Shown: positions 17,235 to 25,838, numbered from the stretch's first letter. The stretch: DNA of 64,000 nucleotides from Candidatus Berkelbacteria bacterium (GCA_026397205.1 JAPLVH010000006.1:13392-77391), one strand, 5' to 3'. Numbers and translations are program-made. Notes: generated by a model from the sequence alone, not told the origin.

Positions 17235-17393
17235 ATGAGTAAGCTTCTCGAGGTTGCAATGGGAATAGGTTTGGTGTGTATAGCTGCCGGACTTTTGACG
17301 ATCTTCGCCTGTTTGTGTAATGGCAGAAAAACTCGAGAATTCGAAACCATAAATCACATTTCTCTTGACGGCCAACCGCTAGCCCCACACTAG
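17235..17393 (+). CDS. Small hydrophobic membrane peptide (52 aa), stand-alone transcription unit
   Basis: AGGGGG 6 nt upstream of the ATG. 'MSKLLEVAMGIGLVCIAAGLLTIFACLCNGRK...' has a single TM helix. Terminator overlaps the stop. Confidence 0.45.
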   Translation: MSKLLEVAMGIGLVCIAAGLLTIFACLCNGRKTREFETINHISLDGQPLAPH

Positions 17394-17411
17394 CGGCTTT
17401 TTTTTATTTTC
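17377..17411 (+). terminator. Rho-independent terminator
   Basis: 'ccgctagccccacactagcgg' + CTTTTTTTTATTTT. Confidence 0.65.
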
Positions 17412-17431
17412 GCCAAAGAAAAAAGCGACCA

Positions 17432-17899
17432 TTATTCGGCCGCTTCAATGTTTTGTTTTAATTCTTTTTCTTTTTGCCGTAAAATCCAGATTCCAAACAG
17501 AGTCGCGTACAAGGCCGACGCCGATTCCAATGCAAGAAACAACTGGAAATGTCGGCCATCAGCCAAAAAAACCAGTAGAATCGTCAGCGACGCAACTAAT
17601 CCGAGCAACCAAAGACATCGGAAAATAATTCGAGATGACTCGGAGTTTACCAGCTCTGGCAAAACACGCTTTTCTTCCAAAAGATATGCAATGCAGAAAA
17701 TACAGGCGGAAGAAATCCCAAGAAATGCGATCGCGGCTAAAATCAACCCAACAAGTTGCAACGCGTACAAATCAACTGATGGATGTCTGGCAGAAAAAGT
17801 CAGACCAGAACATGTGAGCGCCATTGGAGCCACTCCGAGCCACAAAACAAACATCATGATATTAAACAGCGTCTTGAAAAGATACTTCGCCGTCACCAT
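17432..17899 (-). CDS. Hypothetical membrane protein (four TM helices)
   Basis: 155-aa ORF. Hydrophobic segments with no recognised family. Confidence 0.4.
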   Translation of the reverse strand: MVTAKYLFKTLFNIMMFVLWLGVAPMALTCSGLTFSARHPSVDLYALQLVGLILAAIAFLGISSACIFCIAYLLEEKRVLPELVNSESSRIIFRCLWLLGLVASLTILLVFLADGRHFQLFLALESASALYATLFGIWILRQKEKELKQNIEAAE

Positions 17900-17971
17900 T
17901 TGTCTTCGCCTCCGGAACCTGGAATACCTATTTTATACCACAACGAGAAAAATTTTACAATGCAAAAATTC

Positions 17972-18748
17972 TTAATTCTCAATTACATTCTGAGATCTTA
18001 ATTTTGAATTCTTAATTATCACCACAAATTCGCCTTTTATTTTATGATTTTTTAGGCCAGAAATGATGTCGGCAATTTTGCCGCTCCAATATTCTTCAAA
18101 CTTTTTTGTCATTTCGCGGGCGATGAATATCTCTGTGTCGGCGGCAAAAAAAACTGATATATCTTTCAGTGTCCGCTCGATTCTCTGTGCCGATTCGTAG
18201 ATAACGACCGGACATTTTAGTGCCGATAATTCTTTCAGTTTTGTCTGCCGACCTTTTTTCTTCGGCAAAAAACCGGCAAAGTAAAATTCTTTGTCAACAA
18301 TTCCCGAAACACTAACCGCCGCCGTCAACGCCGACGGTCCGGGAATTGGAATGATTTGGATTTCATTTCCATCATTTTGACTTTTGATTTTTGATTTTTG
18401 AATTAATTTCTGTCCCGGATCAGAAATTCCCGGCGTGCCATTATCGCTGACATAAGCCGCATTTTCACCATCACTTATCCGCCGAATCACCATTTCAATT
18501 TTCTCCTCCGACGAATGCCGGTGAAGTGAGATCAACTCTTTTTTGATTCCCATGTGATGTAAAAGTCCACCGGCAACTCGAGTATCTTCGCAAACAACAA
18601 AATCAACGGCTGATAAAATCTCAATCGCTCGTTTCGTTATATCGCCCAAATTCCCAATCGGCGTCGCCACAATGTAGAGTATCCCCTGTTTCATCTTGAC
18701 AAAAGTGTAGCATTTTTTTTCAAAATATGATAGTATCTGGAAAGACAA
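17972..18748 (-). CDS. rsmI: 16S rRNA (cytidine1402-2'-O)-methyltransferase RsmI, with an in-frame heptamer insertion
   Basis: 'ILYIVATPIGNLGDIT...EDTR' tetrapyrrole-methylase-fold RsmI signature. Insert 'KSKIKSQNDGNE'. Confidence 0.8.
   Translation of the reverse strand: MSFQILSYFEKKCYTFVKMKQGILYIVATPIGNLGDITKRAIEILSAVDFVVCEDTRVAGGLLHHMGIKKELISLHRHSSEEKIEMVIRRISDGENAAYVSDNGTPGISDPGQKLIQKSKIKSQNDGNEIQIIPIPGPSALTAAVSVSGIVDKEFYFAGFLPKKKGRQTKLKELSALKCPVVIYESAQRIERTLKDISVFFAADTEIFIAREMTKKFEEYWSGKIADIISGLKNHKIKGEFVVIIKNSKLRSQNVIEN
18369..18404. repeat. (TGATTTT)n heptamer tract, in frame inside rsmI
   Basis: 'ccatcattttgacttttgatttttgatttttgaat'. Confidence 0.7.
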
Positions 18749-18774
18749 AACGCCACCGGAAAGGGGTAGCGATT

Positions 18775-19044
18775 ATGAAACTTCTGGTTTCAGCCGACAT
18801 CGACCCCTGCGATGGGGGCGAAATCTTGAGTTATGTTTTTCTCGAAGTTACGCTGAGAGACGAAGAAGTCGGAGTGATAACTGCGATTGAAAGTTGCATA
18901 AAAGAAAATAATCCGGACGAATTCTTTTCCAGATTTGATAGAGCTTTTTTAGATTTTGTATCGGGGAAAATAATGATCCGCCCACCATTCAATAATCCGT
19001 ATCCGAATGCTTTAATTCGTGGAATTGCAATCCTTTCGAAATAA
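18775..19044 (+). CDS. Hypothetical small protein (about 90 aa)
   Basis: AAAGGGG RBS before the ATG at 18775 (tool start 18727). Terminator follows. Confidence 0.4.
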   Translation: MKLLVSADIDPCDGGEILSYVFLEVTLRDEEVGVITAIESCIKENNPDEFFSRFDRAFLDFVSGKIMIRPPFNNPYPNALIRGIAILSK

Positions 19045-19047
19045 TCC

Positions 19048-19080
19048 AGCCCACCCGAACCATAGGTTCGGGCTTTTTAT
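19048..19080 (+). terminator. Rho-independent terminator
   Basis: 'agcccacccgaaccataggttcgggct' + TTTTTATTTT. Confidence 0.6.
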
Positions 19081-19083
19081 TTT

Positions 19084-19154
19084 GTCATTGCGAGCCATTG
19101 AGCAAAGCGAAAGGCGAAGCAATCCTTTAAGATTGCTTCGTTCCTCGCAATGAC
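19084..19154. repeat. Long nested palindromic repeat GTCATTGCGAG...GAAGCAATC-ctttaa-GATTGCTTC...CTCGCAATGAC (copy 1)
   Basis: 11-bp outer stem and 9-bp inner stem. Lies downstream of the Nramp-like gene. A second copy at 21602-21664 brackets a two-gene minus-strand unit. Confidence 0.65.
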
Positions 19155-19164
19155 AAAGGGAAAA

Positions 19165-20667
19165 CTATTTCAGCCACTGTAAAATCATCATCAAAATTAG
19201 TGCCATCATGACTACGAAAGCAAACCAACCGCCGGCGTTTGACCAAAATTTATTTTTGTGTTCGCCCATAATTTCTTTTGAATTGGCGATTTTTAAGGTG
19301 ATGACGAGCAAAATCGGAACTAAAATTCCGGCGATAACTTGCGAATAGAGTAGCATTCGCATCGGGTCAATGCCGAAAAGCGCCACCAGTCCGGAGGCGA
19401 GGACGGAGAAAATTATGACAATGTAAAAACCGCGGGCCTCGGAAAATTTTCTGTCGAGTCCTTCGCGCCAGTGAAAAACATCGGAGATAACATAAGCCGA
19501 TGTCGCCGCCATCACCGGCAGAGCAATTAGCCCGGCGCCCAAAATCCCGATCGAAAACAGGGCAAAGGAGAAATTTCCGGCTAATGGTTTTAGCGCCAGC
19601 GCTGCCGATTGTGGCGAGGAGATAAAAACATTTTTGCCGGCGAAAACCGTCGCTGTCGCGACGATGATAAAAAACGAGATCATATTCGACCAAATCATTC
19701 CGGCGGTGACGCCGGTTTGGGTCTTGCCCAGATCCTTGACCCGAACATTCTCCTCGACTTCCTCGGTCGTCTGCCAGAAAAAATTGTAAGCTGAAAGCGT
19801 ACCACCAACCAAGGCGACCGCTACCAGCCACCAGTCATGACCAAATGATATTGAAGGCAAAAAAGTGCCGTGAAGAATCTGCATCCACGGCGGGTGCATC
19901 ATAAATGTTGAAACGACATAAGCCAGAAGTGCCAAAGTGACAACAAAAAGATAACGGCTGATAACGGCATAACCTTTGGTGACGAGAAAAATCGCAATCA
20001 AAAGTCCGATCGGCAGAATCAACCAAAACCAGCTGATGCCGAGAATCGTGCCTAAAATATTGGACATCGCCGCAATGTCGGCGCCGATGATGATAAAATT
20101 TGTAATTAAAATTGCCAGCGCCACCGGCACACCGACACGCATTCCAAATCTTTCGCTGATAATTCGGCCAAGTCCCTTTTTTGTCACAACACCGATTCTG
20201 GCGGTCATCTCTTCGATGGCGATCAACATCGGCGTCGAAATCAACAAAAGCCAGAGTTGCGAGAAGCCGGCAATTGCGCCGGACTGGGCGTAGGTGACGA
20301 CCGAACTGGGATCGTCATCGGCCGAACCGGTGATAACGCCCTTGCGTGAATAAAGAAAAAAATCCCGAATATTTCGACGTTTTTTATAGGGCAGGGAGAC
20401 AATCCGCCCAAGTTCGCCAGCAACTAATTTTGCGCTCTCCGACTCAACTTTAGCGGTAATTTTTGCTCCGCTGGCAACTTCTCGGCCAGCAAATTCAACC
20501 ACCTCTTTGCCGGCATTAGCTCCGCCGGCAATGACATCGTAAAAACCCTCTCCGACTTTCTCGACACCACTGCCAACCTGGCCGACATCACTGACAGCTC
20601 GCCTAACCTCGGGGATTTTTTCTTTGGCTGATTTTTCTTTCCCTATTTTTGAATTTTGATCTGTCAT
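19165..20667 (-). CDS. Nramp-family-like divalent metal cation transporter with an N-terminal soluble extension
   Basis: 'GSADDDPSSVVTYAQSGAIAGFSQLWLLL' resembles the Nramp 'DPGN...QAGA.FGY.LLW' motif. About 11 TM helices; 500 aa. Confidence 0.5.
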   Translation of the reverse strand: MTDQNSKIGKEKSAKEKIPEVRRAVSDVGQVGSGVEKVGEGFYDVIAGGANAGKEVVEFAGREVASGAKITAKVESESAKLVAGELGRIVSLPYKKRRNIRDFFLYSRKGVITGSADDDPSSVVTYAQSGAIAGFSQLWLLLISTPMLIAIEEMTARIGVVTKKGLGRIISERFGMRVGVPVALAILITNFIIIGADIAAMSNILGTILGISWFWLILPIGLLIAIFLVTKGYAVISRYLFVVTLALLAYVVSTFMMHPPWMQILHGTFLPSISFGHDWWLVAVALVGGTLSAYNFFWQTTEEVEENVRVKDLGKTQTGVTAGMIWSNMISFFIIVATATVFAGKNVFISSPQSAALALKPLAGNFSFALFSIGILGAGLIALPVMAATSAYVISDVFHWREGLDRKFSEARGFYIVIIFSVLASGLVALFGIDPMRMLLYSQVIAGILVPILLVITLKIANSKEIMGEHKNKFWSNAGGWFAFVVMMALILMMILQWLK

Positions 20668-20695
20668 TTTGATTTTTAATTTTTGATTTTTGAAT
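20647..20695. repeat. (TGATTTT)n heptamer tract spanning the 5' end of the transporter gene and the gap to ksgA
   Basis: 'tttgaattttgatctgtcattttgatttttaatttttgatttttgaattt'. Confidence 0.65.
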
Positions 20696-21554
20696 TTACA
20701 ACATTATATAATTTTAGCCAGTCCTCAATTGTCAATTCTTGCGCTCTGATTTTTTCCGACAACCCCGCACTTTTAATTATATCAGATGCTTCGGTTTTAG
20801 AGATATGAAGTCCGGCGGCCAAATTATTTTCCAAGGTCTTTCTTCGGCTAGCAAAACCAAATTTGACAATTCGAAATAGATCCGCTTCCTTAACTTTACG
20901 CTTTTCGCTTTTAGTTTTGAGTTTGATAATCGCCGACTCAACTTTTGGCAGCGGGAAAAACGAAGTTGATTTTACAATGTCGACAATTTCCACATCGGCA
21001 TAAAACTGAACTGAAACCGACAAAAGCGACATCTCGCCAGGACGAGCAACAATTCGTTCGGCAACTTCTTTCTGCACCAACAAAACCATCAACTCCGGTT
21101 TGTTGTCCGCTTCCAAAAATTTTCTAATGATGGCAGAAGTAATATTGTAGGGAATATTTGCGACGACTTTGTAGTCATAAGCCGTAAGCTGTAAGCTGTA
21201 AGCCGATAAATCCAGATCCAGCGCGTCTTCATTTACTATTTTAATTTTTACTTTGTCATTTTTCTTGCGATAGCTGACCCTGCGGGGATTTTTGATATTT
21301 GATATTTGATTTAGAAGTTCGGCGAGAAAGTCGTCTTTTTCAATTGCCACGACCCGGCCGGCTCGGCTGACAAGTTCCTCGGTCAAAACTCCCAGCCCCG
21401 GCCCGATTTCGATGACGGTGTCGGTTGATTTTAAATCCGCTGCTTCGACGATTTTCGCCAACACCTCATCGTCAACCAAAAAATTCTGCCCCATATTCTT
21501 TTTCGCCCAAATTTTATTCGCCTGCAAGAATTGAATCAGTTCTTCTTTGTTCAT
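20676..21554 (-). CDS. rsmA: 16S rRNA (adenine1518/1519-N6)-dimethyltransferase RsmA/KsgA, with heptamer insertions
   Basis: 'MGQNFLVDDEVLAKIV...VIEIGPGLGVLTEEL' KsgA signature. Inserts 'SAYSLQLTAY' and 'KNPRRVSYRKKNDKVKIKI'. Confidence 0.85.
   Translation of the reverse strand: MNKEELIQFLQANKIWAKKNMGQNFLVDDEVLAKIVEAADLKSTDTVIEIGPGLGVLTEELVSRAGRVVAIEKDDFLAELLNQISNIKNPRRVSYRKKNDKVKIKIVNEDALDLDLSAYSLQLTAYDYKVVANIPYNITSAIIRKFLEADNKPELMVLLVQKEVAERIVARPGEMSLLSVSVQFYADVEIVDIVKSTSFFPLPKVESAIIKLKTKSEKRKVKEADLFRIVKFGFASRRKTLENNLAAGLHISKTEASDIIKSAGLSEKIRAQELTIEDWLKLYNVVNSKIKN
21181..21203. repeat. (TGTAAGC)n heptamer tract, in frame inside ksgA
   Basis: 'gccgtaagctgtaagctgtaagc'. Confidence 0.65.
21245..21318. 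repeat. Mini-element fragment (GATAGCTGACCCTGCGGGGA module + (TGATATT)n arm), in frame inside ksgA
   Basis: 'gtcatttttcttgcgatagctgaccctgcggggatttttgatatttgatatttgatttag'. Confidence 0.7.
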
Positions 21555-21601
21555 ATTCTTATCTTATCTTTTCTCTCCACTTTGAGCAAGAAAAATGATT
21601 T

Positions 21602-21664
21602 GTCATTGCGAGCCATCAGCGGAGGCGCGGCAAACTTTTTGGATTGCTTCGTTCCTCGCAATGA
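21602..21664. repeat. Copy 2 of the GTCATTGCGAG...CTCGCAATGAC palindromic repeat
   Basis: 'gtcattgcgagccatcagcggaggcgcggcaaactttttggattgcttcgttcctcgcaatgac'. Confidence 0.65.
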
Positions 21665-21673
21665 CGAAATTCC

Positions 21674-21702
21674 TTGACAAATTCAAACTTCTGCGCTAAG
21701 AT
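21674..21702 (+). promoter_or_regulatory. Sigma70-type promoter
   Basis: TTGACA (21674-21679), a 17-nt spacer, TAAGAT (21697-21702). GGAGG RBS before the ATG at 21741. Confidence 0.5.
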
Positions 21703-21740
21703 CTTTTTAGTCGCAACATCACCAACCGGAGGCGAGAACA

Positions 21741-22118
21741 ATGCCATTTGTGACCGTCAGGCATTCGAAATTCGTCGCAGTCCCAATATTCTTCACGAAT
21801 ATGCATCACGATTTGCCAAGAATTGTTGCCGATGCTTTGTCGTGTGGAGATGAAAACGGTTCCTTGTCTCCAAAAGACATAGAAATAAAGTTTGAAGCAC
21901 AGGGACCACACGATGTCGATAATTACGATGTTGAAATCCTTGTCACAGCAATGGATTTTCCGAGCCGGAAAGCAAACATACAAGAAAGAGCCGCGTTGAT
22001 TGCTGACAAACTATTGCCAAGAATTCCTCGTCTTGACGAAAAGTATCAGATTTGTGTATTCGTAACACTTTCACCGGCAGGTTTTGCCGAGCAAACTCGT
22101 ACTATACGAGAATCATAA
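21741..22118 (+). CDS. Hypothetical protein (125 aa). Begins Met-Pro; membership of the tautomerase superfamily is possible but unsupported.
   Basis: Promoter and RBS present. 'MPFVTVRH...'. No recognised motif. Confidence 0.4.
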   Translation: MPFVTVRHSKFVAVPIFFTNMHHDLPRIVADALSCGDENGSLSPKDIEIKFEAQGPHDVDNYDVEILVTAMDFPSRKANIQERAALIADKLLPRIPRLDEKYQICVFVTLSPAGFAEQTRTIRES

Positions 22119-22150
22119 ATCACATTGTGGTGCCAAACGCGCCACTTTTT

Positions 22151-23107
22151 TTATTGCTTGAGTTCTTCGACCAAAACGTTAGAACAACCGGCCGACGGAC
22201 AACCAAGTTGAGTGAGATAAGTTTGCGACAAATCGAGAACCACGCCATCCGGTGGCGAAGCGTTGCCCCAAGTGGCGTTGACGCTGACGATGATTGATTT
22301 GTTGCCTGACGAAATTCGGATTAAAGTTCCTTTTGGATATTTTGAAATGCCGGAAACAACATAGTTTGAAACCAGCGTCATCGTCGCCCGACCACGAACC
22401 GAGGAAAGTACCGTAACTTTCGTTCCGGTGTAATGAATTTCAGTTTTTGCTTCTTTGGTGATTTCAGTCGACAAAAGTGTCCGCTCAACCTCTTCGCCGT
22501 CTTCGCGACGAACGCGGTAGGTTAATTTTTTCTCGCCATTTATGCCAGCTTCAGTTCGTTTTTTGCCATAATCGAGATTTGGATCATCTTTATTTACAAT
22601 TTGGAAAGCGATCGGTTTCGTCTCAACAATATTTGTAATCGCAACTCTGGTGATGATAATTTTATCGCCATCGGCAATGGCCGAATCTAATTTGAAATTG
22701 GTTTTGTCATCGGTGCCGAGTTCGATATTTTTCTCGGTCAAAAGCTCACCGGCGGTTTTCAGCCAACTGCGAAAAATTATGGCTTTTTTGCCGTCAATAA
22801 TTGTGATCGCCGGCGCTTGATGAACAGTAATAACACTTCCAATTCTCGCCTCCGGATCAGGCAAAGTCGAGGCACGATCTTCGGGGTTGATCGTGATGCC
22901 GAGATCTTTGGCAATTACCTCGACCTTCAAACTACGGCTTGTACCGACGACTTCCGACGACTTTCCCGATGGCGCAATAACGATAAATTTGTAAGCAAAA
23001 CTTGGCGACGATTCGATGACTCCTGATGCCAGCGATTTTCGAGAAACAAAAAAGCCAGCGAAAATGATGGAAACCAAAACAATCGAGATGATAAAATTTC
23101 GACGCAT
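22151..23107 (-). CDS. Secreted/anchored cell-wall protein with G5-like and C-terminal 3D (MltA-like double-psi) domains
   Basis: N-terminal TM/signal. 'YTGTKVTV' G5-like segment. C-terminal 'GTLIRISSGNKSIIVSVNATWG...DGVVLDLSQTYLTQLG' resembles 3D-domain consensus. Confidence 0.45.
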   Translation of the reverse strand: MRRNFIISIVLVSIIFAGFFVSRKSLASGVIESSPSFAYKFIVIAPSGKSSEVVGTSRSLKVEVIAKDLGITINPEDRASTLPDPEARIGSVITVHQAPAITIIDGKKAIIFRSWLKTAGELLTEKNIELGTDDKTNFKLDSAIADGDKIIITRVAITNIVETKPIAFQIVNKDDPNLDYGKKRTEAGINGEKKLTYRVRREDGEEVERTLLSTEITKEAKTEIHYTGTKVTVLSSVRGRATMTLVSNYVVSGISKYPKGTLIRISSGNKSIIVSVNATWGNASPPDGVVLDLSQTYLTQLGCPSAGCSNVLVEELKQ

Positions 23108-23110
23108 AGG

Positions 23111-23236
23111 ATTATTATATCAAATATCAAATATCAAAGATCAAAATGTTGGTCGGCACTCCGTGCTGAGATTTTTATATTCTTTTTACCTTTTTCATCT
23201 ATCATTTTGATTTTTGATATTTTATTTTTGATTTTT
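23111..23236. repeat. Complete heptamer-array mini-element (intergenic): (ATCAAAT/ATCAAAG)n arm, core TTGGTCGGCACTCCGTGCTGAGATTT, unique segment, inverted (TGATTTT)n arm
   Basis: 'tatcaaatatcaaatatcaaagatcaaaatgttggtcggcactccgtgctgagattttta...catctatcattttgatttttgatattttatttttgatttttcc'. Fills the whole gap between two minus-strand genes. Confidence 0.7.
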
Positions 23237-23238
23237 CC

Positions 23239-25284
23239 TCAGATTTCCTCCTTCACTTCCTCCGGAATTTCCTCGAGGAAGCGCGACGGCAGATTCATTG
23301 TGAGCTTGCCAAAATAGGTTCGTTCGCCGGCATAAAGCAAATACAGCGTTTTTTGCGCCCGAGTCATTCCGACATAACACAGCCGGCGCTCCTCTTCGAC
23401 TTGATCCGGCTCAAATTCACTTCTGGAGTGCGGCAGAATCCCCTCCTCGAGACCGATAACGAAAACAATCGGAAATTCCAAACCCTTGGCCGAGTGGAGC
23501 GTCATTAATGTGACAACATTTTCATTTGATTTTATCTCGTCGGAGTCCTGATAGAGTGCGACCTTTTCTAAAAAATCATCGAGCGGACTTTCGCTGTCAG
23601 CCGTTTCGTTGTAAGTCGCAACCGTTTTTAATTCGAGAATATTTTCCCAACGACCCTCGCCCTCGGCCGTGCCGTCGAGAATAAAGTCCTTATAGCCGGA
23701 ACTCTCAGTGATGATGTCAATCATATCGGCAACCGACAAATTATCTTTACGCTCGCGAATTCCGTTGATCCAGGATAAGAATTTGGCGATTTTTTCTGGC
23801 AGCTCAACCGATAAATTTTCGGCGGCAAAATATTTTTCCAAGGTCTTAGCGCCTATTCCTCGCGGAGGGAGGTTTATCGCCCGCTCAAAGGAAACTCGAT
23901 CGTTCGGATTGGCGACCAAACGGAGATAGGCCAAAATGTCTTTGACTTCGCGCCGTTGGTAGAAGCGAATGCCGCCGACGACCCGATAGGGAATTTCGTA
24001 ACGCAAAAACGCTTCTTCGACCGCCCGGGATTGGGCGTTGGTGCGATACAAAACGGCAAATTGAGAAAAGCTTGTAGTTTGTAGTTTGTAGTTTGTAGAT
24101 AAATCCAAAAATCTAGCCACGGAGTGGCTACCATCATTTTGATTTTTGATTTTTGATTTTTGATTTTGCGCAAGAGATGTAATCTCTTGCGCAACAAACT
24201 CCGCTTCATCTTTTTCATTTAACGCTTCGTAAATCTGGATTTTCTGACCATCGGGATTATCGGTCCACAAAGTTTTCTCGGTTTTGTGCCGATTATATTT
24301 AATTAAAGCATCGGCGCCGACCAAAATATTTTTTGTCGAGCGATAATTTTGCTCAAGTTTTATCACCTTCGTTTGGGGAAAATCGCGCTCAAAATTTAAG
24401 ATATTTCGAAAGTTGGCGCCGCGAAAACCGTATATTGACTGCGAATCATCGCCGACGACACATAAATTTTTATGAATTTTCGACAGCTGGCGAATCCAGA
24501 GATACTGAACCTGGTTCGTATCCTGATATTCGTCAACCAAAATGTATTTGAAAATCCGCTGATATTTTTCCAGAGCCGTTGGGTTATCATCGAAAAGTTT
24601 GACGCAGTTCAAAAGCAAGTCATCGAAATCCATCGCCCCGATTGATTTTAGATATTTTTGATATTCCGCGTAGACATCGCGAACAATTTCATCAAAGTGT
24701 GAGTTGGCGTATTTGGAATACTCTTTTGGACCGAGAAATTCATTTTTCGCGCCAGAAATGTGAGAAAGAATGGCGTTTGGATTGTAATTTTTCGGATTGA
24801 TATTTTGATCGCGCATGATTTTCTTCACCACCGAAAGCTGGTCCTGCGAATCATAAATTGTAAAATTCGACGGGTAGCCGATATGCTGGGCCTCGCGTCG
24901 CAAAATCTTGACGCAAATTGAGTGGAAAGTGCCAAGCCATGGTAGTTTGTAGTTTGTAGAATTTTCTTCGTCATTCCAGTGAAGATGGGAATCTACTGAT
25001 AGTCCAGCCACGGAGTGGCTACCATCATTTTGATTTTTGATTTTTGATTTTTGATTTAGCAGAATTTCCATTCGCGCTTTCATCTCTCCCGCCGCTTTGT
25101 TGGTAAAAGTGACACAAAGGATATTGAAAGGTGAAACTTTTTTTTCTGATATCAAAAAAGCCAGTCGGTGCGTCAACGCCCGGGTTTTGCCGCTGCCGGC
25201 ACCAGCCAGGATTAACACCGGCCCTTCGGTTGTCCGAACCGCTTCCTGTTGTGGCGGGTTTAGTCCTTCGAAAATGTTTTTCAT
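23239..25284 (-). CDS. pcrA: UvrD/PcrA/Rep-family ATP-dependent DNA helicase, with two composite repeat insertions
   Basis: Walker A 'AGAGSGKTRALTHR', motifs Ia-VI ('TFHSICVKILR', 'VDEYQDTN', 'NYRS', 'TLHSAKGLEF'). Inserts '...NQKSKIKNQNDGSHSVAGLS...STNYKLP...' occur twice. Confidence 0.85.
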   Translation of the reverse strand: MKNIFEGLNPPQQEAVRTTEGPVLILAGAGSGKTRALTHRLAFLISEKKVSPFNILCVTFTNKAAGEMKARMEILLNQKSKIKNQNDGSHSVAGLSVDSHLHWNDEENSTNYKLPWLGTFHSICVKILRREAQHIGYPSNFTIYDSQDQLSVVKKIMRDQNINPKNYNPNAILSHISGAKNEFLGPKEYSKYANSHFDEIVRDVYAEYQKYLKSIGAMDFDDLLLNCVKLFDDNPTALEKYQRIFKYILVDEYQDTNQVQYLWIRQLSKIHKNLCVVGDDSQSIYGFRGANFRNILNFERDFPQTKVIKLEQNYRSTKNILVGADALIKYNRHKTEKTLWTDNPDGQKIQIYEALNEKDEAEFVAQEITSLAQNQKSKIKNQNDGSHSVARFLDLSTNYKLQTTSFSQFAVLYRTNAQSRAVEEAFLRYEIPYRVVGGIRFYQRREVKDILAYLRLVANPNDRVSFERAINLPPRGIGAKTLEKYFAAENLSVELPEKIAKFLSWINGIRERKDNLSVADMIDIITESSGYKDFILDGTAEGEGRWENILELKTVATYNETADSESPLDDFLEKVALYQDSDEIKSNENVVTLMTLHSAKGLEFPIVFVIGLEEGILPHSRSEFEPDQVEEERRLCYVGMTRAQKTLYLLYAGERTYFGKLTMNLPSRFLEEIPEEVKEEI
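24071..24169. repeat. Composite mini-element inside the helicase gene: (GTTTGTA)4, inverted core AGCCACGGAGTGGCT, (TGATTTT)5
   Basis: 'gcttgtagtttgtagtttgtagtttgtagataaatccaaaaatctagccacggagtggctaccatcattttgatttttgatttttgatttttgatttt'. The core is the reverse complement of the intergenic core motif CACTCCGTG. Confidence 0.75.
24941..25058. repeat. Second composite mini-element inside the helicase gene: (GTTTGTA)n, spacer, core, (TGATTTT)5
   Basis: 'ggtagtttgtagtttgtag...agtccagccacggagtggctaccatcattttgatttttgatttttgatttttgattt'. Confidence 0.75.
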
Positions 25285-25323
25285 AAGTTGCTTAAGTTTC
25301 TTAAGTGACGTAAGTCACTTATT
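25285..25323. repeat. Operon-junction palindromes immediately upstream of the helicase start codon
   Basis: 'taagttgcttaagtttcttaagtgacgtaagtcacttat' includes AAGTGACgtaaGTCACTT. Confidence 0.55.
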
Positions 25324-25659
25324 CATAATAGCCGAAAAAAATCCACTCGGCAATCAAAAAAGGCGCAGGATTTACTTGCTTATAGGGAACAAAAATTTTA
25401 ATTATTGCCCTGCAGTATCACTACGCCTTTGAGGGGTGTCGCGAAAACGACTTAGAATCGCTTCGTGGCATCCCTCAATTGATATTTTATCTATCAAGAG
25501 ACACCTTTCACGTTTCTTTTTTCCCCGTGTTCTTTGTCCTTACCAAATTTTTTTGATTTTCTGATTTACTTTTTCTTTTTGTTTTATTTGGTTTGGTTTT
25601 GGCAAGGAGATCAGAAAAAAAATTTCTAATGTCAAATTTCTAATTTCTAAAAAATATTT

Positions 25660-25838
25660 GACATTTGTAATTAGGAATTAGGCATTTATTTCTAACTTCC
25701 TTGCCAACGGTAAAATCAACGAAAAAACTCCTCGGAAGAGGAGCACATTAAAAATTTCAAATGACTAATTTCTAATGCCAAACAAAATCCATTTGACATT
25801 TGTAATTTGGAATTAGGCATTTATTTTATTCGCCCCTC
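25660..25838. repeat. Two direct copies (about 36 nt each) of ATTTGACATTTGTAATTNGGAATTAGGCATTTATTT, with (ATTTCTA)n tracts
   Basis: Copies at about 25663-25700 and 25800-25838. Related copies at 3206-3240 and 54930-54965. Confidence 0.5.
25720..25745 (-). terminator. Possible minus-strand rho-independent terminator in the long intergenic region
   Basis: Minus-strand reading 'ctcctcttccgaggag' + TTTTTTC. No annotated minus-strand gene upstream of it in the gap, so possibly a small RNA. Confidence 0.35.
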
